Positions 13,401-28,400 are shown, counted from the stretch's first letter. The stretch is DNA of 64,000 bases from Phoronis australis (GCA_002633005.1 NMRA01000150.1:338152-402151); one strand, 5' to 3'. The notes: a model not told the origin generated them from the letters alone. Program-made: numbers and translations.

Positions 13401-16400
13401 CACCTAGATCGTTACATTGCGTTTACTCTGGCAAATGAAATCTGATGACACACGCGCTCGCTCACTCACACAATATGCAGACGAACTTCAAAACAAATGT
13501 CACGTGACAAGGTGTGTTCGTCCAGAGATTTTTCTCGTGTTGCGGGGTATGAGCTAGCACAGATTTGGGCCGAAAGCCCGAAACTATATTTTTACTCAAG
13601 GATTCAGGTTGATTTATTGGCGATCGTGAGGCAGCGACACATCAGTCGGCGAGTTTTCACGCTGGGATTTTCTGAAAAATGCTCGTAATTTAACAAAGTT
13701 TGATAGCAATGCACTGCAATTTTGTAGAAACTCTGTCATAGGTTACAGATGTGTCATAGGGTGTAAATTTAATGAATTCTAGCTTACGATTTCACCTGTT
13801 TGGGAGACTGGGTTTCAATGTCCTTGGGCTATTATAAGCGCCCCATTCCTGAAGCTAATTTTTCTAAGGGCCCTGGACGCTTATTAGGGCGAATAGGGAA
13901 TGTGGAAGCCTAATATATACATATAAAAAGCAATGTTTCATAATTCTCACCATAGTTGTACATTAATGTTATCAAAGTTGTTAAACTTTCTTGGTGTAGC
14001 CAGGAACTGCATCAGTGGCTTCCTGAATCTAAAATCTTTCACCATTTGGAAAGCAATTCATAGAGGCCGTCCTTGCATGACACAGTGTGATGTCTACATG
14101 TGCAGTAGGCATGATGAAAACAGTGCAATGTCTGTGCAGTCTTCATGACACAACCAGTGCCCTGTGTGTACAGGTGCATGACACAACAAGTGCCCTGTCT
14201 GTGCCGTAGGCATGACACAAACAGTCTTTGTCGATACGCAGATTAATATCTCGTGGGATATTACTTCATGTACGCCACTCTCGGTACGTTTTGTGTATTT
14301 CTTTGGCCAACGTCTGGTTGTTTGTCTTCAGTGTTTAATTTTGTTTCTCAAATTCTCCAGAGACACCCTAAAATGGAACTCAATAAAACGGATCTTCTCA
14401 AGTTGCTGAGTTACCTGGAGGGGGAGCTGCAAGCACGGGATGTGGTCATAGCTGCTTTAAAGGTGAGCTCAATTGTTTCAACATTTAGTTTGATGTATTA
14501 ATTCACTGTGTAAGTCAGGGTTTTAAGATACAGACATTGAGCTGTGATCAGTGTAAGAGTTTGTCTACAGGTGTCTCTTCCGAATATTCATGGCTTACGG
14601 GTACTGGTGCATGTTCAAAGCCAGGTAGGTCATCATGAGGTCAGCTATGACAAGGGCCCTTATCTAGGGAGTTAGATCGTAGGGAACCATTAGGCAGCTC
14701 CACTCTTCTCTTAGTGGGTAATGGGTGATGTGTTAGGAGGGAGTGAAAAGTAGTAATATGTATAATCTCATGGTCAAGTGTTATTGTTTAGATCAGGCAG
14801 GACATATTTTATCAATGTTATCTTGTAGGCAATACACTACTGTGGTATACTGTACAGGAAACAATATTAGCATTCTTTTCTGCCCTTATCTTTACCAGCA
14901 ATGTAAATAAACCAATAATTGATTTTCCTGGTTGAGGTCAAATGTCCATTAAGTTCTGTTGAAACTGGCCCTTCAAGGTCAGTCATCATAAGTGCTTATT
15001 TTCCCAGCCCAAAAGTAGGTCACATGGTCATTGATTGTTATTGCCTAGTAGGCCAATGAGGGTTGTAAAACATAGCATTGTTTTGTTTTGGCCTGCCTTA
15101 TTTACCTGCTATGCTCAGGTATGCCTTATGTGCATGCTAACAAAGGCGTTTGTCATCTCTATGTGAAACGAAGCGATATTTACCTGTACAAATCAACTAT
15201 AGGTGCCCCTTGGTCTGTAGACGGCACAATAGGACAGGTGAAGTTGGTCTTCTACCTGTGTTCATATCAGTGTTACAGTGGGTCTGGTTTGTGAATGAGT
15301 TCAAAAGGGGTCTGGTAGGACGTTGAATCTTGTGTCAATGAAGGTACAGAACACGGCAGTATGTCTCGCCCACTTGATGATTTGAGTGGTTTAGCCAGCC
15401 TTAGTGATCTAACCCAGTTTTTGGATCAGTGTGGTGATGACAGTGACGATGATGAAAGTGGTGATTATTTTTGTGTCAATGTAAGCGAAGGTAATGGTGA
15501 GGATGGTGTGTGTGAAGATGATGAGCCTGGACTGTCAGCCATGCAGAGCCTAGAGGAACTGTCGGAGTTCCTGGACCATTGTCAGGAGGATGAGTTTGAG
15601 GATGTGATGGAGGCAGAGTTTTATGGCGATGGAAAGAAGGAGGGGTACAGGGAGGGGGGCAGGGAGCGGTACAGGGAGGGGGGCAGGGGCAGTTACTGCA
15701 ATACTCCAAATGTTGTCTGTACAAGCAAGTCTCCAGCTAAACTGAAACATACAGGAATGGATGCGCGGATGGTGGATGATGAAGTATCCAAGACCTCCTC
15801 TCGAAGTGAATCTGGGACTTATGAAGGTGTATCACACAGTGTATATAATGATGTTAATGAAGGCCCTGCCTGTTACACTGATGACTCACCTTGTGTTATT
15901 GATGTCAAATCATCACAGCAAGTCACGCGTCCAAATATGCAGGATGCATCGTGCATGAATGATTGTGACACCCATTATGAAGCAAACTGCACAGTACATT
16001 ATTGGAACTCAGTAAATACAGAAATTCCAAATGATGAAAATTTTACAACAGCAGATTCACGGTGTGAGAGTAGATTTGAAACGAACATTGATGGCCCGTC
16101 ATCTGGCACACAAGGACTGATCTATACAAGAGTGAATAAGGAAATTTCATACAACATTCTTCTCACATTCTTAGGAGCTTTGAATGAACTGACGGACTTC
16201 TTTGATAAGTTAAGTACAAAACAAGTTCCAGTTTTGTGAGGAAGCTAACTTATCTTCATTTTATTAAGTTTGGAATGCTGAAACCTCATTTTGGTGATTT
16301 TGACCAACCTTTGGTCTGTACCCTGTTAGTACTAGTTGTGTCTGCCTTGAGTGGTCACTGTGTCTGTACCCTGTTAGTACCAATATTGTGTCTAACTTGA

Positions 16401-19400
16401 GTGGTCAGTGTGTCTACCCTATTAGTACTAATTGTGTCTACCTTGAGTGGTCAGTGTGTCTGTACCCTGTTAGTACTAATTGTGTCTGCCTTGAGTGGTC
16501 AGTGTATCTACCCTGTTAGTACTAATTGTGTCTGCCTTGAGTGGTCAGTGTGTCTGTACCCTGTTAGTAGTAATATTGTGTCTGCCTTGAGTGGTCAGTG
16601 TGTCTGTACCCTATTAGTACTAATATTGTGTGGGCCTTGAGTGGTCACTGTGCCTGTAATCTGTGTACTAATATTGTGTCTGCCTTGAGTGGTCAGTGTG
16701 TCTGTACCCTGTTAGTACTAATATTATGTCGCCCTTGAGTGGTCAGTGTCATCCACACATAGACTTACCCAAGATAAAACAAAACAATCCTGGAATGAGT
16801 TGTTACTAGGTTTTGGGGGTTGTCTGGTATGCATTTTAACTAGTTCAACTTACCCCCCCCCCCACTGTGTAACTGTTTCTGGGGTATCTTGCACCACTTC
16901 TTATCACTGTGTGAATGCAAACTGGGTTCAAGTAACTGTTAGCTGTGGTTACACACAGGTTTTCTTTTGCGTGCCATATTCACACTAGGTGTTCACAATG
17001 TCCTAGTTATCGTGTGCGTGCGTGTGTGTGGGGACAAGTTGCAGTAGTTAACCATTCATACTGACCTTAACTCTCCAAAACATCCACAGGTCAACGTTAG
17101 TACGAAGGCGCCTATGCTTTTGACTAGGTAACATTGATTGATATTGTACCTCACTGACGTGTCCTGTTTTATTAGAGAAAGGAAGGTATTTGCATTTTTG
17201 GAATGGACATAGTTAAGTAAACATCAGAGCTTAAGCCATTTGCTTTCAGTGCCCAGTCCTTACATTTGAACAGTTTTGGATTAAGTGGGCCACGCTACAT
17301 ATTTCTCTTACATTCCATGACATCATGTTCTTTGTATATTTAATGCATTCAAATTGGATTTCTTTGATATTGAAATTATCAGAAATTCAATTAGTTAAGA
17401 AACGGCGTGTTTGAAAGAAATACTACGATTTGAAGTAGCGTCAGTCCAGTGTTAGAAGCTCTGTAGGTCTGTTGCAAATTTGTTTGTGAATGTTGAGTCC
17501 TGCACAAGTGGGTGAATCTCTGGTGTGTCAACAGTGTAAGAAATCCTCTCCATTTTGTAAAACATTTCAGTAGGAGATGCATTACGTATTGATTATCTCC
17601 CCTTGCTAAATATTTGTTCACACATATTTACCCTGATACTACTATCATCAGTCTTTAACTTCATTGCAATTTTTCTATTTTTTTATTAAACATAATACTT
17701 TTTAAAAACATGAAAATGAAGAGAAAACATTCATACCCATGTACATAGCTACACACACACTTGTGGTGGGGGTCAGTTAAAACTCGAAATACACTGCCTC
17801 AGAATAAAAGTACCATAGGAACCTATCTGTTAGAAAAACATTTGAATTTTAGATTATTGTAAAATAAATATTTTTCAAATTTGAAATACTCAAAGACTTT
17901 CCTTTTAAAGTATGCCTAATTGGGAGTAGGGTTGCTGTCAACAAATACGAAATTTTCCTGGACATACAAGTAGGTTAATTGTGTCTTGTCCTTTAAACTT
18001 TCCAAAAAATATGCCTAAATTTGAATGTTTTAATGAGTTTCAAGTTTTGTTTATGATCCAATCATCAACTAAAATCCAGAAGACTCTGTTATATCAGTTC
18101 CAATTCAGATGGGTAATGTCTTTTGTCTCTTTTACAGAATGTACCTAAATCTGTTTCTTTATCTCCAATAAATCTTATGTAGAGATAAGGTTGTAGGTGT
18201 TCACTGGTGTATGAAACAAATCTGAAGCCCTCTCAATCTAGCATCACTAGTATATTGTAAAGAATAAGTATACACCAATAACTATACACCAATAAGTATA
18301 CACCAATAAGTATACACCAATAAGTATACACCAATAACTATACACCAATAAGTATACACCAATAACTATACACCAATAAGTATACACCAATAAGTATACA
18401 CCAATAAGTACACACCATTTTCTACCAATCATGAGTTGCATCAGTAACACCATCAGTTTTCCCTTTATGTTCATGGTTTGCTTTGTATAAATAGCTTTAA
18501 TTAACTGAGAATATGCTTGTATTTTCACATGCACGTGCAAGTGCAACTGGAATTTGTAGGAGACTTATTTTAATTGCCTTCTTGAGACCATAAAACAAAG
18601 TAAATGTTGGAAAAAGCCATACATAATTTAAAAAGACTGATAAGTCATAAATGTTCTATCAATATCTAATAAATTACAAACATGAGAAATATCTTTTATA
18701 CTGCTGGCTATAAAATATTATTAGTGTTATCTATTAATATGTTATTATTATTATTCCAGGTTGGAATGTAAGAGAAGTCATCATCATACAAACCTACAAA
18801 TCCATATATTGTGTTACATAATTATGTAAAGACCTCAGACCAAAATACATTTTTATTGTCTTTTGCACTGGTGCTATAAAATGCATCTCCAAAAAGTAAA
18901 GAGTTCCACGTTCTCAATGGATCATGTTGCTACTACAGTTGTTTTCATAACCATTTAATAATGATCTAAACCAACATATAATTTCCGTGATTAACATTGT
19001 ACATTTCAAATAATGGTTATCAAGTTGAAAATGTGATTTTCTTTGTGTTTGTGGTTTCATGTTTTAAATTTCGATGTATACTTCTATTCNCGAACTCACG
19101 ACCTGGCGGATAGAACGCGCGTGCTTTACCACTGCACCACCACGACTTCACTCGCACATTTATTCTAAGAGACCTACTTGTTTATGGTCCACAGCATTTG
19201 CGCACGAAACCTAATTCTTTTTGTAATATTTATTTAGTCAACTTTTTATATTTTGTGCAATCAGTTCATAACAAATTTGTTGTATTTAAAATAGTCTTCA
19301 ATTGCCCAAAAGACCAAATCCATTTTTTTGTGTTTGCATTAATGAGGCGATTGCCTTTGGATATCGTCTTAAGTCAAAGTTTGACAAAGAGAGAATTATG

Positions 19401-22400
19401 AGTTTCTGAGTTATTCAATCGTTAAAAAAATAGCAACTCATGTATATAGCATGCACGACACAAGAGGAGGCTCAGCGCAGGCAGCCCTACGGTAACACAT
19501 TACCTAGGTGTGCACATGCACAGTGCTATTTGGGATTGTACTTGAGGCAAGTGAATTTGTTGTTCGGGCATGTAAAATTTTCAACTACTTGCCCGAAGGG
19601 CAAGTGGCATAAAAAGTTAATGTTGAGCCCTGCCAGTCCTTACATTTGAACAGTTTTGGATTAAGTGGGCCACGCTACATATTTCTCTTACATTCCATGA
19701 CATCATGTTCTTTGTATATTTAATGCATTCAATTTGGATTTCTTTGATATTGAAATTATCAGAAATTCAATTAGTTAAGAAACGGCGTGTTTGAAAGAAA
19801 TACTACGATTTGAAGTAGCGTCAGTCCAGTGTTAGAAGCTCTGTAGATCTGTTGCAAATTTGTTTGTGAATGTTGAGTCCTGCACAAGTGGGTGAATCTC
19901 TGGTGTGTCAACAGTGTACTAAGAAATCCTCTCCATTTTGTAAAACATTTCAGTAGGAGATGCATTACGTATTGATTATCTCCCCTTGCTAAATATTTGT
20001 TCAAGCATATTTACCCTGATACTACTATCATCAGTCTTTAACCTCATTGCAATTTTTCTATTTTTTTATTAAACATAATACTTTTTAAAAACATGAAAAT
20101 GAAGAGAAAACATTCATACCCATGTACATAGATACACACACACTTGTGGTGGGGGTCAGTTAAAACTCGAAATACACTGCCTCAGAATAAAAGTACTATA
20201 GGAACCTATCTGTTAGAAAAATCTTTGAATTTTAGATTATTGTAAAATAAATATTTTTCAAATTTGAAATACTCAAAGACTTTCCTTTTAAAGTATGCCT
20301 AATTGGGAGTAGGGTTGCTGTCGACAAATACGAAATTTTCCTGGACATACAAGTAGGTTAATTGTGTCTTTCTAAAAATATGCCTAAATTTGAATGTTTT
20401 AATGAGTTTCAAGTTTTGTTTATGATCCAATCATCAACTAAAATCCAGAAGACTCTGTTATATCAGTTCCAATTCAGATGGGTAATGTCTTTTGTCTCTT
20501 TTACAAAATGTACCTAAATCTGTATCTTTATCTCCAATAAATCTTATGAGGAGATAAGGTTGTAGGTGTTCACTGGTGTATGAAACTAATCTGAAACCCT
20601 CTCAATCTAGTATCACTAGTATATTATTGTAAAGAATAAGTATACACCAATAACTATACACCAATAAGTATACACCAATAAGTACACACCATTTTCTACC
20701 AATCATGAGTTGCATCAGTAACACCATCAGTTTTCCCTTTATGTTCATGGTTTGCTTTGTATAAATAGCTTTAATTAACTGAGAATATGCTTGTATTTTC
20801 ACATGCACGTGCAAGTGCAACTGGAATTTGTAGGAGACTTATTTTAATTGCCTTCTTGAGACCATAAAACAAAGTAAATGTTGGAAAAAGCCATACATAA
20901 TTTAAAAAGACTGATAAGTCATAAATGTTCTATCAATATCTAATAAATTACAAACATGAGAAATATCTTTTATACTGCTGGCTATAAAATATTATTAGTG
21001 TTATCTATTAATATGTTATTATTATTATTCCAGGTTGGAATGTAAGAGAAGTCATCATCATACAAACCTACAAATCCATATATTGTGTTACATAATTATG
21101 TAAAGACCTCAGACCAAAATACATTTTTATTGTCTTTTGCACTGGTGCTATAAAATGCATCTCCAAAAAGTAAAGAGTTCCACGTTCTCAATGGATCATG
21201 TTGCTACTACAGTTGTTTTCATAACCATTTAATAATGATCTAAACCAACATATAATTTCCGTGATTAACATTGTACATTTCAAATAATGGTTATCAAGTT
21301 GAAAATGTGATTTTCTTTGTGTTTGTGGTTTCATGTTTTAAATTTCGATGTATACTTCTATTCCAATCAAGGTAAATATTTGGTTATTTCCATATCCAAA
21401 CCCAAGCCAACAATTAGTCTCTGCATAACTGGTTGGCGATGGTGCAAAATACTCATCCTTTTTAGACCTGACAGTTATTAACTGGTTTATCATGTAGCGC
21501 ATATGTATATGGTTAACAACATTAGCACTTTCGCTGGACATGCTGCTCTAGGTGTAGGGTTAGAAGTACCCCTATGTAGTGTGAGTGGACTGGTATACAT
21601 CGTCTGTGTGCCTGTCTGTGCCCATCAACATCTTGAATTGTTCTGATTCAGTCTGAGTGCAGGGTGAATCACTGGAGTGTCTATAGTAGACCCTGACTGT
21701 GTGAATCACTGAAGTATCCGTAATAGAACTTGACACAGTGGAAAGTCTCTGGGACTAATCAATGCAGTTCTTTACCCAAGTGCTGACTTGTGTTTGCTTT
21801 ACCACCAGTCAAGTCAGTGGAAGGCATAGAGGTTCCAAAATCAATATAGCTCCAAACTATTTCTGCATTATTTTGACAACTCTATTAGCTTACACCGTTT
21901 TTAAAAAACTTTGTTGATGGAACTTGCTTTTAAGAATGTCTTTCACCTAACTCCTGTGTTTCATAACTTGTATTCTGTATTGATGGGAAATTGTAACCAA
22001 TTAGGACACTGCATGGTGAGCAAGTGAAATTTTGAGCTTTGTTATAAAATGCAGCAAGGTATTGAAAAATGGAAAGTGAGTACTTTGGAAATTGTTTTTG
22101 TCCCATTTTCAGGAAACTTCCAGTAATCCTTTACTACTAAAGTGATCAGATAACTGTTGTAAGACATTTTGGGCATTCATACCGTCCCATGTTTGAAGGT
22201 TTTGAAAGATGAAAAAGATCGCTTATACTAGCAGGTTTTTGTTCTGAATTGACGATTATGTACCTCAACATTTTAACAACAGTCAGATAACAATGTTGTG
22301 TAGGGCACATACTTGATTACTCAATTGTTCTCCATGCAATAGTATTCTTAACTTCCAATCAAGCCAGTTTCATCCCAATGAAATATATTGAAACGTACAT

Positions 22401-25400
22401 TCGCCATGACCATCAGGGAGTCTGACCTAAGTTATGGGTCATGACCTCAGTTGGGGGTCATTACTCAGTACATGTCTACACAGTGAGTAAATATCAATCA
22501 ACAGTCACTTTTATATATGGGCAGTTAGTTCCTGTCTGGGCACATACAGGTTATTTGGACTAACAGATACAATACATTCTGGATAATGTTAGCCTCACTG
22601 TCATCTTATCTTGGTTACAGGCTGACAAAGCTAAACAGTTCTTGTACCAAGCTAAATATGGCAGATTCGGCCTTGGTGACCCATTCCACGCCCTACAGCG
22701 GGACTCAGACATGGTGAAGGACAACAGTTTTGATGAGGCTGCTGTAAAAAAGATGTATGACAACCAGTTGTTCCAACTAGAACACTTGATTGACACACAG
22801 AGGACAGCCCACTTAAGAATGACAGAACAGTTAGCTTCGATAGAGAAACGGTATCACAAGGTTAGTAGACTTGGAATCATGAAATGACTATTATCATAAC
22901 TCTGTTTCTCATTTGATTCTGAGCTTTTCATTGGTAGAACGTAGCTTCTCATTTGAATAGTAAACTTCTCATTGGTTCAAGGATATTCCGTATTTGCAGC
23001 ATAGTGAGTTGTGCATTTATAGAAATTAGAATTTTTATTTGATTGTTGATATTCTTTAGTTTCTTATTTGCATAGGATGGTGTTCATGAGTAAATTGTTT
23101 CTTGATTAGTAGGCTGATTATTGGTTAAATTATTTTTTCTAATTTGCTTCTATTTAACTGTTGGTATTGTGAAATGCTCATTGGTTCTGTTCCTCATTTG
23201 CATATAGCCATGTGTTTATTGGTTGAGCATCACTAATGCAGTCACATGTTGTCCAGGTCTGTAGTGAACTTGAGGATGAGAAGAGGAAACATGCGCAGGA
23301 CACCGCACAAGGAGATGATGTGACCATGTTGTTGGAGAAGGAACGTGAGCGCCTCCGTAATGAGGTACTTATAAATAGTTATGACAGTGTTGGGTATAGA
23401 GTTATATCTAGTGACACTATACCAGTACATCAGTATATAGCAGTTTAGCTTGTCACACACACACAGATTTCTTATTGGGCAATATAGATGTTCAGCAGAG
23501 GCATTGTGCTGGGTAGGGGCACTTTATGCTGGTTGTGGGAGCCTTCATAATGGATATTGTGTTAGTGTGTTGTTAATGACACAGTTGTGCCCCCTTTGTG
23601 ATACTTTACCATGGTCAGTGTAAACACATAACAGCTGTGTAAACCATGTAGATGTAGGAATGTGCAGGTGAATGTGATCCCTCTATTCAGGGATCATGTG
23701 GACTTATATCTGAGCAACATTTCACATAAGTCCAAGCTCCATGTAGATGTAGGGATGTGCAGGTGAATGTGATGCCTCTATTCAGGGATCATGTGGACTT
23801 ATATCTGAGCAACATTTCACATAAGTCCAAGCTCCATGTAGATGTAGGAATGTGCAGGTGAATGTGATGCCTCTATTCAGGGATCATGTGGACTTATATC
23901 TGAGCAACATTTCACATTAAGTCCAAGCTCCGTGACAACGTCGTGTTTTACATAATAATGAAAGTACATAAGTCAGAATGTTATTGAATTAAGTAAACGT
24001 GTCCAAAAGTCTGCTTCCAATTCAGAAATCCAAAATTTTTGCATTATCTGCAAAGTTTAGCATCCCAAATTGAAAACAATCCCTTGAAAGAAGACTTTTT
24101 TGCCTCAGGCTTCTTTGGAAATGATTTGAACGGACAATAAAATATTGATGGCAGACATCTTGCCATTTTTGATATTTTGCAAGTTAGATTATTTTATCTG
24201 TAATGTGTTCTCACTCTGATCTCGCTGGTTTTCACTCATAGTTCAGTCATACTTTACAACAGTTGTCTCTCATTTCTCCTTGTTTACCTTTGACTTGAAG
24301 AAGACACCTTTTGGTGGTAGACCCACAAGTATTTTACCACCTTCCACCTTATAGTCAGAACAATGGAATGCCCGTGGAAATCAGTGATGAAGGAAAAGTC
24401 GACTATCAATTTTGTTTGGTTTTGATGAGATTTAGAGTGGCATTTCTTCCAAATTTTCTAAGTGGTACCACGAGACATTGAGAGGGAGATGTTGAGAGAA
24501 TATTTCAGAGAGGTGCATCAACTCTCTTATCAGATTTGTAATGTTTTAGTATTTGGTTAAAACTCAACATTTGAGTATGGTGGTTTTCTTGTATCATAAA
24601 TCATCGTGTGTTCTACTATGACAGCTTGCGCAATTCAGCTGATTGTGACGTAATCTGGTTCATTAAATCTGTTTCATTAAATGTGTTCAGGTTGATTTTG
24701 AGAAGAGTCAGAACAAGAAGGTTGATAAAGAGGTGAAGAAGTTGACAACTCAACTAGAGGAAGAACGAGCGACGTCAACTAAACACAAACAGGTGGCCAT
24801 CTTGTTGATTAAAGAACGACAGCGGGTCAGTGACTTGTTGGCTGAGGAGCGTCAGAAAGTACAGACACTGGCCGTGGCACTGAACCAGGTGAAGAACAGG
24901 ACACGTGAGATGGCGGAGGAACTGTCTGCAGAGACGAGGAGGAAGGCTATGCAGATGGAGGCGACCATGGAGAAGAGGTATATGGAGTTTGACATAGAGA
25001 GGGAGCAGCTGAAGGCGAGACTGGGGCGAGAGGAGAGGAAGACGGCAGAACTGTTGAGGGAACTAGAGAGAGTTAAGGCAGCTGGTGGGGGTAGTGGCAA
25101 CAGTGGCGGGGGGCAGGGCAANNNNNNNNNNNNNNNNNNNNNNNNNNNNNNNNNNNNNNNNNNNNNNNNNNNNNNNNNNNNNNNNNNNNNNNNNNNNNNN
25201 NNNNNNNNNNNNNNNNNNNNNNNNNNNNNNNNNNNNNNNNNNNNNNNNNNNNNNNNNNNNNNNNNNNNNNNNNNNNNNNNNNNNNNNNNNNNNNNNNNNN
25301 NNNNNNNNNNNNNNNNNNNNNNNNNNNNNNNNNNNNNNNNNNNNNNNNNNNNNNNNNNNNNNNNNNNNNNNNNNNNNNNNNNNNNNNNNNNNNNNNNNNN

Positions 25401-28400
25401 NNNNNNNNNNNNNNNNNNNNNNNNNNNNNNNNNNNNNNNNNNNNNNNNNNNNNNNNNNNNNNNNNNNNNNNNNNNNNNNNNNNNNNNNNNNNNNNNNNNN
25501 NNNNNNNNNNNNNNNNNNNNNNNNNNNNNNNNNNNNNNNNNNNNNNNNNNNNNNNNNNNNNNNNNNNNNNNNNNNNNNNNNNNNNNNNNNNNNNNNNNNN
25601 NNNNNNNNNNNNNNNNNNNNNNNNNNNNNNNNNNNNNNNNNNNNNNNNNNNNNNNNNNNNNNNNNNNNNNNNNNNNNNNNNNNNNNNNNNNNNNNNNNNN
25701 NNNNNNNNNNNNNNNNNNNNNNNNNNNNNNNNNNNNNNNNNNNNNNNNNNNNNNNNNNNNNNNNNNNNNNNNNNNNNNNNNACACACCAGCCCCTGTCCC
25801 TGTGTACTCACTGTACACACCAGCCCCTGTCCCTGTGTACTCACTGTACACTCCAGCCTCTGTCCCTATGTGTCTACTATACACACCACCCCCTGTCACC
25901 GTGTGCTTACTGTACATGCCTGCCCCTGTTCCTGTGCACCAACTGTACACACCAGCCTCTGTCCCTGTTTACCAACTGTATGCACCAGCCCCGTCCCTAT
26001 GTACCTACTATACACACCAGCCCCTGTCCCTATGGGCCTACTGTATTCACCAGTCACTGTCCCCGTGTACCTACCATACACGCTAGCCTCACCCTCTGTC
26101 CACCCGACAGCACACGCATCCTGTTTCCTAAATGTGAACTGACAGTGGTGCCCTCTATAGTATTATTCTAAACTTCACTTGTGGTTTACCTTGACTTTGT
26201 ACCATTCCGCTGCACTTATTATTTCTAATATGAACCTTGGTGACGGTCAGGCTGAGTCTAGGCAAGAGTACTGGAATGATTGTGCCTCAGTTTTGTCTGG
26301 AAACAGAAGAAAGTGACCTGTTGTGTATTCTGACTGAAGATATTTCAAAATATCATTACTAGTGTGAAGAACGGAAAGACATTACTAATGAAACCATGTC
26401 AAATCTTGTCAGAAAACATCGTACGAGTCCTGGCTTGAGTCGGACTGTTGCCTGGTTGAGCTTGAAGCATGTGTGCGTGTTGTTGTCTTTCAGTTGCCAG
26501 GTGGCGCCCCCACTCTAGATAGTACCGACCTCGATTTTATTGGCCCGGAAATGGCCGACCTCCAGCAGTTGCTGGTCTCCATGGCAACAGGTAACCTGTA
26601 GAGATAATTGTCAATCACCTTAGAGAACGTTGTGTTCTGTATAATAACCGTGTTGGGCTGTGTAAGCGTGTAGTGTAAACTTGTACAGCTTGAGTTGAAG
26701 ACCAAACAGTAGCAGAGCTTGTGCCGTCTTTTCCTTGCATTCAATTTTTATGTATGGACTGGTGATATCTTTAGCCCTAATGAATGACATTCTCAAAGTT
26801 GGTAGTAAGGGCTCAAATGAAGTCGGGCAAATGTGTATGCAAATACTCGTTTAAATTCAGGTTTTCTTAAATTTGTGTTTCTTTCTGTGGATTTCTGCTA
26901 TTTCTTGATGGTGTTAAGCACAACAGGTCATTCACCTTTGACCTATTTGCCATAATAGGTCATTCAGTTTTGACCTAGTGTGGCATTTTATTATAGCACC
27001 AGTAGTAAGAATAACAAAACACATAATTTAATCAGTTTCAATTGCAGGGCATTGAGTAGTAAAACCAATTTAATTGTCTTAAATCAGCTTTAATAAATGA
27101 ATGAACGCATTACACAGGTTTAGTAATATCCATAGTAACCGCACTACCTGTAACCCCTGGCAACTTCTTTAGTTTGTCGGGTTCTTGGTAGATTTCTTGC
27201 TTCACAAAATGTGCATACTTTATAAAAATAGATTGCAATAACCTATGGCGTCTGAACTATCCTTGTTGAGTTGTGCATAGACTGACCAGAGTTGTGCATA
27301 GACTGACCAGAGATGTGTAATGTTAAGCTGGTGACGCTGACCACTCCACTCTTCTAACTCAAAAGTGCCTAGTGACCGCTTACTCATATCCTTTAATAAA
27401 AGCAATAATTTAACTCTTGTCACCTTTACAGAGTTTAACAAATATAACACAAATAGTTCATTGATATGAATGTTAATTCTCTTTTTCAAAACACAAAACG
27501 CTGATAGTACAATTCTTGTCACTACAGAACACAACACAATAGTAGCACAAGTCATGTCACTACAGAACACAACACACTGATAGCACAAGTCATGTCACTA
27601 CAGAACACAACACACTGATAGCACAAGTCATATCACTACAGAACACAACACAATAGTAGCACAAGTCATATCACTACAGAACACAACACACTGATAGCAC
27701 AAGTCATATCACTACAGAACACAACACACTGATAGCACAAGTCATGTCACTACAGAACACAACACACTGATAGCACAAGTCATGTCACTACAGAACACAA
27801 CACACTGATAGCACAAGTCATGTCACTACAGAACACAACACACTGATAGCACAAGTCATGTCACTACAGAACACAACACACTGATAGCACAAGTCATGTC
27901 ACTACAGAACACAACACACTGATAGCACAAGTCATGTCACTACAGAACACAACACACTGATAGCACAAGTCATGTCACTACAGAACACAACACACTGATA
28001 GCACAAGTCATGTCACTACAGAACACAACACACTGATAGCACAAGTCATGTCACTACAGAACACAACACACTGATAGCACAAGTCATGTCACTACAGAAC
28101 ACAACACACTGATAGCACAAGTCATGTCACTACAGAACACAACACACTGATAGCACAAGTCATGTCACTACAGAACACAACACACTGATAGCACAAGTCA
28201 TATCACTACAGAACACAACACACTGGTAGCACAAGTCATATCACTACAGAACACAACACACTGATAGCACAAGTCATATCACTACAGAACACAACACACT
28301 GATTGCACAATTCTTGTCGATAGCACAATTCTTGTCACTACAGAACACAACTCACTCATAGCACAGTTCTTGTCACTACAGAACACAACTCACTCATAGT

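Noticed and set aside
24852-26171. Long ORFs spanning 24.8-26.2 kb
   Set aside because: Length comes from the N run and a 33-bp minisatellite; only 24691-25121 on + is supported.
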